Positions 1 to 10,136 of a stretch of DNA of 64,000 bases are shown in pieces. Below the pieces are notes generated by a model. That model ran no database searches, was not told the DNA's origin, and worked only from the letters and a program-made list of their open reading frames with translations. The stretch is from IMG/VR virus record IMGVR_UViG_3300030049_000007. One strand, 5' to 3'. Position numbers and translations under genes: made by a program. Within the stretch, counting starts at the first letter, position 1; the number at the start of each line of letters is the position of its first letter. The stretch is from a virus.

Positions 1-1
1 A

Positions 2-1645
2 ATTGATCCATACATTCCTAGTTTGATAGAAGAAAATAAATTTGATGTAGGTTGTGCAGTTGCAGCAATATTAACATCAGATACTAATTGTACTAAAGGT
101 GCAGATAGTGAGCAGACATTAGTTAAACTTTCTTATAATTATATCTATAATGGTAAAAAATATTATAAGAATTTAACTAGTGATACCACTACAACGGGAT
201 CATCTAGTTTACCTACTTATTATAAAAAGTTTTTAGAGACCTATTATTTATCTAATAAATTATATGGTGTATCAACTGCACAGAACGTAAAAGATTTTTT
301 CAATACTGATAGATCATTAAATTTAATTACCGATAATATGGTAAATGATCTTATTGGAGAAAATACTTTTTGGAATATAGCAAATGCAGTAATGCAATAT
401 GGTTTTTATAGTGTTTATGATATTCCTAATCCAACCTATATACAGAAATCTTCTGGCACAACTACCAATACTGAATTAAACTTTTCTAGTGATGGATCTT
501 CAATTCCAGCTAAAATTACACCAACTTCTAAAGTTCAATTTAATGGATTAGCTGAATATATTTTAAAACCAGTTTCGGTTTTAGGTTTACCGTTAAAATG
601 TAATATTATCTGGCCAAATCAAGTTCTTGATGAAACTTTATTTACAGATATGCTTAATGCTCCAACTCGAATATTATTGCAGAAATCAGGATTGCCAGCA
701 GATGATCATTTAAATGTATTATTAACTACTACCAAAATTGCTGGTCCTTATATTCCTAACTGTACAGGATTTTTTAGTTCATTAACCCCTCCTACGCAGC
801 AAGATACTTTAACTAGAGCTTCTACTATGTATTCAGATTATGAAACTGAATATGGAATGAATTATACTGAATTAAGTTTATCATATGCATTTGAAACTTC
901 ATTACTTGAAGATGTAGATAAAGCTAAACAAGCAACGGCAACTAATTTACAGGATGCATCATCACGAATTAATAGTTTTCTTAATTACGAATTTGCTCAG
1001 AGATTCTTTGCATCACGTACTTATTCTATTCAAGTAACTCCAGATGTTGATGTAGTACCAGGACTTCCAGTAATTGTATTAAATCAAAATCAAGAACATA
1101 TTATTTGTTTCTGTACTGGTAAATCTAAACAATGGGATGCTAGAGGAAATAAATCTGTTGGACTTCAAGTAGCTTATCCAAGATATTATTATGAAAATAT
1201 TGATAAATTAGGTAATATAGTTGACCCAACATCTACTAATTTATTAGCTATTCAAGAATTGGAATTATTATTTGGCTCTAAAGCTTTAATTAGAACTGGC
1301 CAATCTGCTAATAGTACTCCAGTCGTTAATATAAATTCAGATACATTAAGAGCAATGATTAATATTTTATATACAGAATATATTTCTGGAAGTATTACAT
1401 ATTCTGATTATATGAGAAATGTTTGTAGTTATGCTAATTGGCTAGAATTATATGGAGCATCTACTTCAGATGAAGTAAATATGCCAGATAGTTATCCAAA
1501 TAAAACAGTATTTGCCTCAACTCCAAATGGAAATGATTTAAGTATTAATACATTTTACGTAAATCAAGTTGAACAGGCTAATTTACCAAATCAAGATATT
1601 ATTCAAAAACATCTAGACTGGATTTCTACAGGACAACGTATATGA
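2..1645 (+). CDS. Virion structural protein, possibly baseplate hub-like; 5' partial
   Basis: Frame is open from the window edge. Thr/Ser/Asn-rich, in structural gene context. C-terminal 'PDVDVVPGLPVIVL' resembles hub-type segments (weak). Confidence 0.45.
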   Translation: MDPYIPSLIEENKFDVGCAVAAILTSDTNCTKGADSEQTLVKLSYNYIYNGKKYYKNLTSDTTTTGSSSLPTYYKKFLETYYLSNKLYGVSTAQNVKDFFNTDRSLNLITDNMVNDLIGENTFWNIANAVMQYGFYSVYDIPNPTYIQKSSGTTTNTELNFSSDGSSIPAKITPTSKVQFNGLAEYILKPVSVLGLPLKCNIIWPNQVLDETLFTDMLNAPTRILLQKSGLPADDHLNVLLTTTKIAGPYIPNCTGFFSSLTPPTQQDTLTRASTMYSDYETEYGMNYTELSLSYAFETSLLEDVDKAKQATATNLQDASSRINSFLNYEFAQRFFASRTYSIQVTPDVDVVPGLPVIVLNQNQEHIICFCTGKSKQWDARGNKSVGLQVAYPRYYYENIDKLGNIVDPTSTNLLAIQELELLFGSKALIRTGQSANSTPVVNINSDTLRAMINILYTEYISGSITYSDYMRNVCSYANWLELYGASTSDEVNMPDSYPNKTVFASTPNGNDLSINTFYVNQVEQANLPNQDIIQKHLDWISTGQRI

Positions 1646-2523
1646 GTCTGATTAAATTAGCAACTAATAAAATGACTGCACTAATGCAAGTTGGAAAATT
1701 AAGTAAAAATGCTATTCATTCTATTAATTGGCGTCCTGCTGAACAAATTGCTGGTGGATTAGAAAGAGGCAATATTAATTTAGCTAAGAGATATGGCACT
1801 ATTATAAATCCAACAAATAGTTATAAATTAGGTAAAACATTTATGCATAGAGTTATAAATAATCAACCTTTAACTTTATTAGAGAAAATTCGATATAAAA
1901 ATCCATTACAATATTTTATTAATGGAATTGAATTAAAATCAAAATATCGTAATAGTCCCGGATCTTCAATGAGAACGGGGTTTATATTTTCCAATCCAAA
2001 AGCCATAAACAAAATTATGACTCATTCAGATGACAGAATTACTAATGCTTTAGTTAATAGACATGAACTACATGAGATGTCTGAAATGAGTCATATAAAG
2101 GATAATTTACCGCGACATGCTTTCTATATAAGTTTAAAAAATAAAGATACAAAAAAAGCTATAGGAATGGGTAGTCATGCAAATCCAACAGTTATAATGA
2201 AAGAAAATAATGATATAGTAAGATTAAAACCATATGAACAAGTAAGACAAAATTTTCTTGGATTAAGACATAGTTCTTTAGAAGATATTGCTTACAATAA
2301 TTTATTTAATCATAATTATGGAGAAACTAAAATATCTTCTAAGAGATTTAAAACTGGAAGAACGGAAGTAGTTAAATATCATCCAGTCGCTACCCCTCCT
2401 AATCCAAAATATGTAAAAGAAATATCTTCTATAGAATGGAATAAATTAATATCAAGACGAAGAGATTATTTAGCATCGGAAGGTGTTAATTTAAATTCCA
2501 ATAAAGTTGTGAGAGAAATATGA
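1642..2523 (+). CDS. Basic protein with MSLIKLA leader; putative internal virion protein with possible metal-binding RHELHE motif
   Basis: ATGA overlap with the upstream gene; leader shared with other ORFs in the window. Confidence 0.55.
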   Translation: MSLIKLATNKMTALMQVGKLSKNAIHSINWRPAEQIAGGLERGNINLAKRYGTIINPTNSYKLGKTFMHRVINNQPLTLLEKIRYKNPLQYFINGIELKSKYRNSPGSSMRTGFIFSNPKAINKIMTHSDDRITNALVNRHELHEMSEMSHIKDNLPRHAFYISLKNKDTKKAIGMGSHANPTVIMKENNDIVRLKPYEQVRQNFLGLRHSSLEDIAYNNLFNHNYGETKISSKRFKTGRTEVVKYHPVATPPNPKYVKEISSIEWNKLISRRRDYLASEGVNLNSNKVVREI

Positions 2524-2870
2524 TAACGTTAACAGCTAATTCTATGGTATATGCAGGTTATGTAGTATCATTATCTTTAGCTGCCGATGCTAGAGTGGAG
2601 TTAACTGATTGGAATAATTATCAATCTGTTTCAAATGTATTGGGTATAGCAACTAATTCAGGTGGTGAAGGTATAGCAATCGTAGTTCAAACAGATGGCA
2701 TATATCAGAACCCCACCTGGAATTTACAACGTGGCTATCCAGTATTTGCATTTTCTATGGGTACAATTACCCAAGATGTATTACCTAAAAATAGCATTCA
2801 AGTTGGAAAAGCTATTTCTTCTAATCAAATTTTAATTAGAATATCTGAATTTATTATGGTGTCTCAATGA
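2520..2870 (+). CDS. Small virion decoration/cement-like protein
   Basis: GIA...G...V...G...GTITQ..P....VGKA pattern shared with neighbouring ORFs; ATGA coupling. Confidence 0.5.
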   Translation: MITLTANSMVYAGYVVSLSLAADARVELTDWNNYQSVSNVLGIATNSGGEGIAIVVQTDGIYQNPTWNLQRGYPVFAFSMGTITQDVLPKNSIQVGKAISSNQILIRISEFIMVSQ

Positions 2871-3736
2871 TTAATAATAGATTCTATGGACGTTTATTTT
2901 ATGATGCGGTAAATGGTAAAATAGATTTATCTAATAATATTAATAATCCTTTATATTATAGTAAAATTCTTGAAGTAAGTTGTTTTACAGCAGTACCAAT
3001 TAATGGATGTATAACAATAGTTAATAATAATGCCAATTTAATTAATTCTAAATATAATAATGATATTACCAATTTAACTATTCCATATATTACAGGTATA
3101 ACATTAACTCCAGGGGATATTGGAGAAATAGTTCCAGTAGCAAATATAATTGGTAATTTATATAAAACAACTCAAATATTACCAGGAAATTATCAAGATC
3201 TATTATATGTTGGTCAAGATGGTATTATTACTAATATTAAACCAACTACAGCTAATGGTGACATTTGGTTAATTGTAGTTGGTATAAAAATAGATGATTA
3301 CTCTTTTGTATTTGAACCATCTATTCCAATTAATTTAGTTAGTAGTTTATTTCCTACTCCAGTTCCTATTGTAATTGGTGATGGTGAGAAAGTTACTTTA
3401 TCTCAAGCTATGCCACAATTAACATGTTTTCGTATAGATGAAACAGGAAGGGCCTTTACAATTACAGCTAATGATGTTAATCTTCCTATAGTTGATGGAA
3501 TCACGTTAGAGTCTGGTGGTATTAATCAATCAATAAATGTAGCCAGATTAAAGAATTATTATTATGATTGTGGTGTTAATTTTACTGAAAGTAATATATA
3601 TTATTTAAATAGTAGTGGAGGTTTAACAACTATTAGACCTACGGATACTAGTTATTTAGTTATTATTGGAAGATCTATACCAAATTCAACTAAATTTATT
3701 TTTGATCCACAAATGCCAATTATGTTATCAAATTAG
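2867..3736 (+). CDS. Virion protein with two copies of the decoration-like domain
   Basis: Internal repeat LYVGQDGIIT..P...FVFEPSIP / YYLNSSGGLTT..P...FIFDPQMP. Confidence 0.5.
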   Translation: MINNRFYGRLFYDAVNGKIDLSNNINNPLYYSKILEVSCFTAVPINGCITIVNNNANLINSKYNNDITNLTIPYITGITLTPGDIGEIVPVANIIGNLYKTTQILPGNYQDLLYVGQDGIITNIKPTTANGDIWLIVVGIKIDDYSFVFEPSIPINLVSSLFPTPVPIVIGDGEKVTLSQAMPQLTCFRIDETGRAFTITANDVNLPIVDGITLESGGINQSINVARLKNYYYDCGVNFTESNIYYLNSSGGLTTIRPTDTSYLVIIGRSIPNSTKFIFDPQMPIMLSN

Positions 3737-3743
3737 AGGATAG

Positions 3744-4283
3744 ATGATGCCAAATAAATTTTTAGCATTAAACACAAATGGTTCTATGCAGGAAGTAGCA
3801 CCAACTACTTTAGGCGGTTCTTCTTATGCTAATCAGATTCCAGTTCTTAACAGTAATGGAAATCTTGATATTTCAATGATGCCAACCGGTATTGGTGCTG
3901 ATACTCAAAGTATAGTAGCAAGTGAATCTATTGCTGCTGGTTCTTTAGTAAATATTTATAATAATGCTGGTACCGTAACTATTAGAAATGCTATAGCTGC
4001 TGATAATACTAAACCCGCTAATGGATTTGTTTTATCTTCTGTAGCTAGTGCGGCTATTGGTTTAGTATATGTACGTGGATTAAATTCGCAAGTTCCATTA
4101 GGAACTTTTGTTGCCGCAAATGTTGGATCTAAAGTTTTTCTATCTCCTACTACTGCTGGTGGAATTACTTTAACTATTCCAACTACCACAGGACAAATTG
4201 TACAGGTTATAGGAACAGTTGATGCTGTAGCAACTTTAGTTACAATTAATTTTACAGAAAATACATTTACGGTCAGAGCATAA
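3744..4283 (+). CDS. Virion decoration/fibre-associated protein
   Basis: GAGGA SD; same domain family as neighbours (VFLSPTTAGGIT..P...IVQVIG). Confidence 0.55.
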   Translation: MMPNKFLALNTNGSMQEVAPTTLGGSSYANQIPVLNSNGNLDISMMPTGIGADTQSIVASESIAAGSLVNIYNNAGTVTIRNAIAADNTKPANGFVLSSVASAAIGLVYVRGLNSQVPLGTFVAANVGSKVFLSPTTAGGITLTIPTTTGQIVQVIGTVDAVATLVTINFTENTFTVRA

Positions 4284-4287
4284 TTGA

Positions 4288-4479
4288 ATGGATAAATTTT
4301 TAGAATTAAATACAGATGGATCCTTTAAAGAGAAAAATCCAGTTGTTATTTCTACTGGATCTGCTAATGCTGGACAAATTCCAGCATTAAATTCTAATGG
4401 ACAATTAGATTCTAGCATTACTGGTTCTAGTAGTTCTAATATATCAAGTATATTAGCTTTTGCAGCAGCACATGGATAA
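4288..4479 (+). CDS. Small paralog of the N-terminus of 3744..4283
   Basis: DKFLELNTDGS...QIPALNSNGQLD versus NKFLALNTNGS...QIPVLNSNGNLD. Confidence 0.6.
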   Translation: MDKFLELNTDGSFKEKNPVVISTGSANAGQIPALNSNGQLDSSITGSSSSNISSILAFAAAHG

Positions 4480-4482
4480 ATT

Positions 4483-5253
4483 ATGATTAGATTAGATAAT
4501 GTAAATAGATCTATCGTTCTATCTTTAGATGGAACAATTACTACTTATCAATTACAAATTATCGTTAATTATTCAGACAATAATGGAACAACTTATACTG
4601 GTGGAACCCAGACTTCTTTATCTAATAATACTACTCAAGTAACTATTTGTAGCGCCCCAACCTCTTCTACTATTAGAGATATTGATAATATTATAATATT
4701 TAATAATGATACAGTAGCTAATTCAATTAATATATTCCTTAATGATAATAGCACACTATATCAACTTGCAGGACCATTGTTACAGACTGGTGAATCTTTT
4801 GTATATACTCATAGTCGTGGTTGGGAAACGGTTGATATTAATGGATGTCTAAAAACTTCGAATGCTCCAATTTCTCAATTACCAAATAACACAACTGGTA
4901 CAACTCAGACTTTAGGAGATTCATCAACTAAATTAGCTACAGATGCTTTTGTGGCAAATGCTATTAGCAATTTTGCTGCAATTACTCAGACAATCCAACA
5001 AGTAACTGTAGATTTAGGTTCTCAACCTAGAACTAGTGGTCATTTTAATATAACTGGTTCAGGATTTTCTCCAATATTAGGACCGGTTATAGTTATGCAG
5101 GCTGCTACAAGACCAAATTCTGTATTATACGATAATATAGAAATGGATGCAATTAATTGTACTGGAATTATAACTTCTTCCACTACTATTCAAGTAAACT
5201 GGAACTCAGATTATACAGTAGCTAATCAATATACTTTTAATTACTTTATTTAA
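4483..5253 (+). CDS. Tail fibre-like structural protein
   Basis: 'TTQTLGDSSTKLATDAFV' fibre repeat motif. Confidence 0.55.
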   Translation: MIRLDNVNRSIVLSLDGTITTYQLQIIVNYSDNNGTTYTGGTQTSLSNNTTQVTICSAPTSSTIRDIDNIIIFNNDTVANSINIFLNDNSTLYQLAGPLLQTGESFVYTHSRGWETVDINGCLKTSNAPISQLPNNTTGTTQTLGDSSTKLATDAFVANAISNFAAITQTIQQVTVDLGSQPRTSGHFNITGSGFSPILGPVIVMQAATRPNSVLYDNIEMDAINCTGIITSSTTIQVNWNSDYTVANQYTFNYFI

Positions 5254-5265
5254 TAAGGATAACAA

Positions 5266-6765
5266 ATGGCAATTATAGAAACTGGTAATAGTACCGCTGG
5301 ATTAGCTAATGTCGATGCAGGCAATAACTTAATGGTAACTACTCCACAAGTTAATTCCACTGTTGGATTGGTTGCTGCAAATCCAGTTCGTGTTGGAGCT
5401 GTTCGTTTCTTTAGCGAAAATGATAGTGGATCATTAACTGGATCTCCATTATTAAATTCTCCTATGACTTCTTTAGAGGATAATTTAGCTGTAGGATTAA
5501 TGACTCCATTATTAGATTATTCCTTTAATGGAACTGCTCAAGATACTAGTATGTGGTATTATGCATTTACCACAATGACAGCAATTCAAGCAGGTGGTTT
5601 TTTAACATTAAATAATGGTAATATTGGAACTGCCGCTACTGGTTGTTATTTATTATCTAAATCTTATTATAATTTAACTGGTAATGCTGGTTTAAGATGT
5701 CAGACTATTGGAACTGTTAATATGGTACCAGTAGCAAATGAAGTTTATTATTGTGGTCTTGGTATTCCAGTTTCTACCACTACTCCACCAACAGATGGAT
5801 GTTGGGTCATGTTAACTTCTGGTGGAGTTTATGGTGTTGTAGCTTATAATGGAACGGTTAATAGTATTGGACCAATGCCTGTTGGTCAGACTAGTGTACT
5901 TCCCGTACCCGGAGTTAATAATATTTGGACTATTCGAATTCATGATAGAATGGTTTATTTCTTTGTTAATGATATATTATTAGGTTCTATTCCAACTCCG
6001 TCAGGTAATGCTTCTCCATTTATGTCTGATGCTTTGCCTGTATTTATTCAACAAATCAATACCGGTACGGTTAGTGGTTCTACATTTTTACAGGTTAAAA
6101 TTGCGGCAATTAATATAGATCAATTAGATAGTAATCAGGGAAGGCCGTTTCCCCATATACAAGCCAAAAAAGGTTTAATGGCTTATCAGGGAACCCAAGG
6201 TGGAACTATGGGTTCTACCGCTTTATATTCTAATAGTTTAGTGGCTGCTGCTGGTGCTGCTATGACCAATACTGCGGTTGGACCAGGAACTGGTTTAGGT
6301 GGACAATTTTCATGGCTTCCGACATTAGCCATTGGAACTGATGGTATTCTTTGCTCTTATCAGGTTCCTACTGGTGGTGTCAACCAAACCCCTCGTACAT
6401 TAATCATAACCGGCGTACGTATTCAATCTATAGTAACTACAGCTCTTACTGGTGGTCCGGTATATGAACTTTATTCGTTAGCTTATGGTCATACAGCGGC
6501 TTCATTGGCTACTGCCGAATCTGCTTCTTTTACTACAGCTAGCACTAAGGCGCCAAGACGTATTGTGCTTGGTTTAGAATCATTTCCAGTTACCTCAGCG
6601 GTTGGTCAGGTTTCTGCCACTAACTGTCCGGTTGTAATGCAATTCATATCTCCAGTAATTGTAAATCCAGGTGAGTTTGTAGCTATTGCTGCTAAGAATA
6701 TTGGAACCGTAACAACTACTGGAGCTATTTTAACGTTAGTAACTTTTGATGCATATTGGGAGTAA
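5266..6765 (+). CDS. Virion structural protein, beta-rich (possible lectin/concanavalin-like domain)
   Basis: AAGGA SD; Gly/Thr-rich, 499 aa, structural cluster. Confidence 0.5.
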   Translation: MAIIETGNSTAGLANVDAGNNLMVTTPQVNSTVGLVAANPVRVGAVRFFSENDSGSLTGSPLLNSPMTSLEDNLAVGLMTPLLDYSFNGTAQDTSMWYYAFTTMTAIQAGGFLTLNNGNIGTAATGCYLLSKSYYNLTGNAGLRCQTIGTVNMVPVANEVYYCGLGIPVSTTTPPTDGCWVMLTSGGVYGVVAYNGTVNSIGPMPVGQTSVLPVPGVNNIWTIRIHDRMVYFFVNDILLGSIPTPSGNASPFMSDALPVFIQQINTGTVSGSTFLQVKIAAINIDQLDSNQGRPFPHIQAKKGLMAYQGTQGGTMGSTALYSNSLVAAAGAAMTNTAVGPGTGLGGQFSWLPTLAIGTDGILCSYQVPTGGVNQTPRTLIITGVRIQSIVTTALTGGPVYELYSLAYGHTAASLATAESASFTTASTKAPRRIVLGLESFPVTSAVGQVSATNCPVVMQFISPVIVNPGEFVAIAAKNIGTVTTTGAILTLVTFDAYWE

Positions 6766-6767
6766 TA

Positions 6768-6920
6768 ATGAAAATTGTTAAGTTAGCAGCTTTTGGTTTT
6801 ACTAAACTCAAAAACGTAGAAGCGGTAAAGGGTGTAATAGGTAAAAAAATAGAACCTTCTAAGATAATTCCCTTAGCAGATAAACTTAAATTTGCTATGA
6901 AAGATATTGGAAAGTGTTAG
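6768..6920 (+). CDS. 50-aa basic protein with MKIVKLAA leader (not in ORF track)
   Basis: Translated by hand: MKIVKLAAFGFTKLKNVEAVKGVIGKKIEPSKIIPLADKLKFAMKDIGKC; GGGAG upstream. Confidence 0.65.
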   Translation: MKIVKLAAFGFTKLKNVEAVKGVIGKKIEPSKIIPLADKLKFAMKDIGKC

Positions 6921-7001
6921 AAGACGACCAATATCCAGTTCATGAATATTATGATTTTGGGGAAGATGAAGAGTTTTTGATTATTTTGAGAATATTAATA
7001 G

Positions 7002-8150
7002 ATGCAAATCAAACCCCTATATCGTGACCCGGCAACCGGCTACCTCGTAGAAGCACAGCCGGGCGACTCATTGAATATAGCTTCCGTGGCCGTATTCAAT
7101 GAATATATAGCCCTATTACAGAACACCACGACGAACACATGCTGCGCAATTGTAGACTATACAGCTATTCCTATCACGTCCAATAATATACCTTCTAATA
7201 TTTTAAGAACATCACCTAGTATTGATTGTGTAATATTAGAATCAGGTAATGAAGGCGATACTGTATTAATTGCCGCAACGCATGGAAAAGTTTATACTAC
7301 ACCAACAAGTTTAACTTATACAACTAGTGATACTTTATATTTAGGAAAAGATGGTTTACTAACCACAATCTCTCCATCATTATCAAATGGAGATCATTGG
7401 TTAGTTAGAATAGGAAGAATAGTAAACCATTTTCAATTTATATTCGATCCTCAACCTCCAGTAGATTTAACTTCGGGTGGTGGATATACTGGAGATATTC
7501 CAACTCTTTCAGCAAATAAATGGTTATGGAATGATGGAAATGCCTTATTTTGGAAATCAATAAAAGCTTCTGATATTGCAGCCAATGCAGCAATTGCATC
7601 ATTTAATATATCTAATTCAAGTTTAGAAGTTGGTCAATCTATAAATACACCATCATTTACTGCTTCTTATAATGAAACGCCTACTTCCTGTACATTAAAA
7701 GATAATATAAATAATATAGTACAGACTCTTACTAATGTAAATTCTTTTAATTCTAATTATAACTTTATTGAAAGTTCGCCAGGATCAGTCTCATTTACCC
7801 TGGATGCTGTAATGTCTAGTGAGTCTACCGCTAGTGTTAATTTAAATTGGTATTACAGATTATATTATGGCACAGCAATTAGTTTGACAACACCGTCTAG
7901 TTTGAGTTATAATAAACTTAGTTCAGGATTTGCAGGAACGTTTAATGTAAATGCTGGAACTGGAGAATATATTTATATAAGTTTCCCTTCAAGTTTTGGA
8001 ACTCCTACGTTTTATGTTGGTGGATTCGAAGGGGGAATAAGTTTTTTGGAAACAGTTAGTTTTATTAACGCTTATGGAATAACAACTAATTATGATATTT
8101 ATAAATCAGATAATGCTTCTCTCGGATCTACGACTGTCGTAGTATCCTAA
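7002..8150 (+). CDS. Virion structural protein with decoration-like N-terminal domain
   Basis: LYLGKDGLLTT..P...FIFDPQPP shared with 2867..3736. Confidence 0.55.
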   Translation: MQIKPLYRDPATGYLVEAQPGDSLNIASVAVFNEYIALLQNTTTNTCCAIVDYTAIPITSNNIPSNILRTSPSIDCVILESGNEGDTVLIAATHGKVYTTPTSLTYTTSDTLYLGKDGLLTTISPSLSNGDHWLVRIGRIVNHFQFIFDPQPPVDLTSGGGYTGDIPTLSANKWLWNDGNALFWKSIKASDIAANAAIASFNISNSSLEVGQSINTPSFTASYNETPTSCTLKDNINNIVQTLTNVNSFNSNYNFIESSPGSVSFTLDAVMSSESTASVNLNWYYRLYYGTAISLTTPSSLSYNKLSSGFAGTFNVNAGTGEYIYISFPSSFGTPTFYVGGFEGGISFLETVSFINAYGITTNYDIYKSDNASLGSTTVVVS

Positions 8151-8168
8151 TTCCTAAAAGGAGATTTT

Positions 8169-8306
8169 ATGTGGTATGTAGTTAGTGCTTTAGCTGGCGT
8201 GGTGGTTGGTGCTGCTGGTTATCACATAGTAGCTAGTAAAATTGGAGCTAAAATTACCGAACTCTCCACCAAGTTTGAAGAAATCATAGCAATTATTAAA
8301 AAATGA
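8169..8306 (+). CDS. 45-aa single-TM membrane protein, holin-like candidate (not in ORF track)
   Basis: Strong AAGGAG SD; MWYVVSALAGVVVGAAGYHIV...; ATGA overlap with next gene; near the endolysin. Confidence 0.6.
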   Translation: MWYVVSALAGVVVGAAGYHIVASKIGAKITELSTKFEEIIAIIKK

Positions 8307-8653
8307 TCTGGCCAAAATCTATTCTTATTCATAAGGATGTATGGCTCCCAACAAATAATATTAATTGGGAAAATAGAAAAGATTCTGACTTTAATCATTG
8401 TAGTTATTGTGGAAGTATCTCTCCAGAAGACTTTTACAATCTTTTAAAAGATGATAGCAATTTAGTAGAGTTAGCAGATCAAAAATATGGTTTTCCACAT
8501 AAATTTTATATTTATTTGTTAAATGGTCAAATGTTTAAATTCTATACTAGACATTTTGTAGATATAGTAGATAAAAAAACTGTTGATACTATATTAGATT
8601 TAATTAAAGAAAAGTTACATATTAACTTAATGTCACATTTGGATGTTATGTAA
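8303..8653 (+). CDS. Hypothetical protein with CxxC/His zinc-binding pattern
   Basis: CSYCGS...PHKFY...FYTRH. Confidence 0.55.
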   Translation: MIWPKSILIHKDVWLPTNNINWENRKDSDFNHCSYCGSISPEDFYNLLKDDSNLVELADQKYGFPHKFYIYLLNGQMFKFYTRHFVDIVDKKTVDTILDLIKEKLHINLMSHLDVM

Positions 8654-8796
8654 TGGATTCTTTTCAAGTAGATATGAGTAAGTTTTATCAGGATCTTTTG
8701 GATTCTCAAAAGCCAGCAGATCCTGAATACATAAAAGCTTTATGGAAAAATATTTGGGATTTGTATTCATATTCGGATGAAAAGAAATGGGTTTAG
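8653..8796 (+). CDS. 47-aa hypothetical protein (not in ORF track)
   Basis: TAATG coupling; MDSFQVDMSKFYQDLL... Confidence 0.4.
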   Translation: MDSFQVDMSKFYQDLLDSQKPADPEYIKALWKNIWDLYSYSDEKKWV

Positions 8797-9164
8797 TTAA
8801 ATTATCAGCATCATGGGAATTAACCCAATCTCAGATTCCAATTTGGAATACTGAAGTAGTTGATTTGGGTCGTGCCGCTGATGCTCCACAAGCTAATATA
8901 GAACGAACTAATGTAGATTTACGTCAAAAGAGTATTTGGCCTAAAAAGGATTTAATAATGAAGAAAGGAATAATTAAATTAGCTGCAAGTTCTTTTGGAG
9001 ATATAAAACCTTCTCATAAAGGAATGTTACATAAAGCTTTAAATATTCCTGAAGATGAAAAGATTCCAGAAGAAAAACTATTAGAAGCTAAAAATTCAAA
9101 AGACGCCCATGTGAGGATTATGGCTAATTACGCTTTAAATGCTAGGTATAGAGGAAAGAAATAA
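8787..9164 (+). CDS. Protein with MGLVKLSA leader and a second internal MKKGIIKLAA start at 8958
   Basis: Leader motif occurs twice; AAGGA SD before 8958. Confidence 0.6.
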   Translation: MGLVKLSASWELTQSQIPIWNTEVVDLGRAADAPQANIERTNVDLRQKSIWPKKDLIMKKGIIKLAASSFGDIKPSHKGMLHKALNIPEDEKIPEEKLLEAKNSKDAHVRIMANYALNARYRGKK

Positions 9165-9610
9165 TGACCACTCAGATCACTCCACATTTTACAAAGGAAT
9201 GTTTAGAGTTTAGCGAAACTGCTAATGAACATCATATTGATAATAGTATTCCAGATAGTCTTTATCCTAAAGCTCAACGTCTTTGCCAGGAAATGGAAGA
9301 TGTGCGAACTCTTTTGAGTGAGTATTATAAAGAAGATACTCCAATTTTTACAAATTCGGGATATCGTTGTCCTGAAGTCAATACTTTAACTCATGGTCAG
9401 CCCACTTCTCAACATATGGCTCTTGAGGCTATGGATTTTCATACATCTCATCCTCCTATTGATGATTGGAATATTATTAAAGCATCTAAACTTCCATATG
9501 ATCAACTTATTTTAGAGCATGATAGTGCTGGTCATATTTGGACTCATTATTCAGTATCTAGACCAAATCAGAATGCTCGTCATATGGCATTCACGTTAGA
9601 AAAGAAATGA
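9164..9610 (+). CDS. Endolysin, peptidase M15A (Zn D-Ala-D-Ala carboxypeptidase-like)
   Basis: ITPHFT, SGYRCPEVN, SQHM..AMDF and WTHYS motifs. Confidence 0.85.
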   Translation: MTTQITPHFTKECLEFSETANEHHIDNSIPDSLYPKAQRLCQEMEDVRTLLSEYYKEDTPIFTNSGYRCPEVNTLTHGQPTSQHMALEAMDFHTSHPPIDDWNIIKASKLPYDQLILEHDSAGHIWTHYSVSRPNQNARHMAFTLEKK

Positions 9611-9780
9611 TTATAATATATATAAGTATATTTTTAATTATTTTATTATTTATCTGTGATAGATATTTCCCAGATAAAAAAGAAGGTAAAGTATTATTTA
9701 AAATAAGTGAACCTTATGATATTAAACCTGCAACTCAAGTAATTTTCAAAATAAGCAATCCAACCTACAAGGAGTCTTAA
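9607..9780 (+). CDS. 57-aa N-terminally membrane-anchored protein (not in ORF track)
   Basis: ATGA overlap; MIIIYISIFLIILLFICDRYFPDKKEGKVLFKISEPYDIKPATQVIFKISNPTYKES; stop abuts the next ATG. Confidence 0.6.
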   Translation: MIIIYISIFLIILLFICDRYFPDKKEGKVLFKISEPYDIKPATQVIFKISNPTYKES

Positions 9781-10119
9781 ATGACCGCTTTTTCCCTTCC
9801 CTTCAATAAACAGGTTTCTGTTACAGCACAGTTTGAAGATGCCGCTGGAAATCTTAGTCCCGTATCGGGAGTTACTGTAGTTAGTAGCGATATCACTGTA
9901 TTAACAGTATCTGCACCTTCTGCTGTAGATTCTGTTTCTGCTGTAACTTTTGTAGTTACTCCAGTTGGTCCTCTTGGTAATGCTACTGTAACAGTAAGTG
10001 GAACTAATACTGCTGGAACTGTAATTACTGGAACTCAGGATTTCACAATTGGTGCTGATGTTGCTACTCAGGTTAAAATTACAGTAGGTGAGCCTACTGC
10101 TATTGTGGCAGCTTCTTAA
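9781..10119 (+). CDS. Single Ig-like domain protein
   Basis: AAGGAG SD; alternating beta pattern, 'SSDITVLTV', 'GNATVTVS'. Confidence 0.65.
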   Translation: MTAFSLPFNKQVSVTAQFEDAAGNLSPVSGVTVVSSDITVLTVSAPSAVDSVSAVTFVVTPVGPLGNATVTVSGTNTAGTVITGTQDFTIGADVATQVKITVGEPTAIVAAS

Positions 10120-10136
10120 ATTAAAGATTTATTAAA

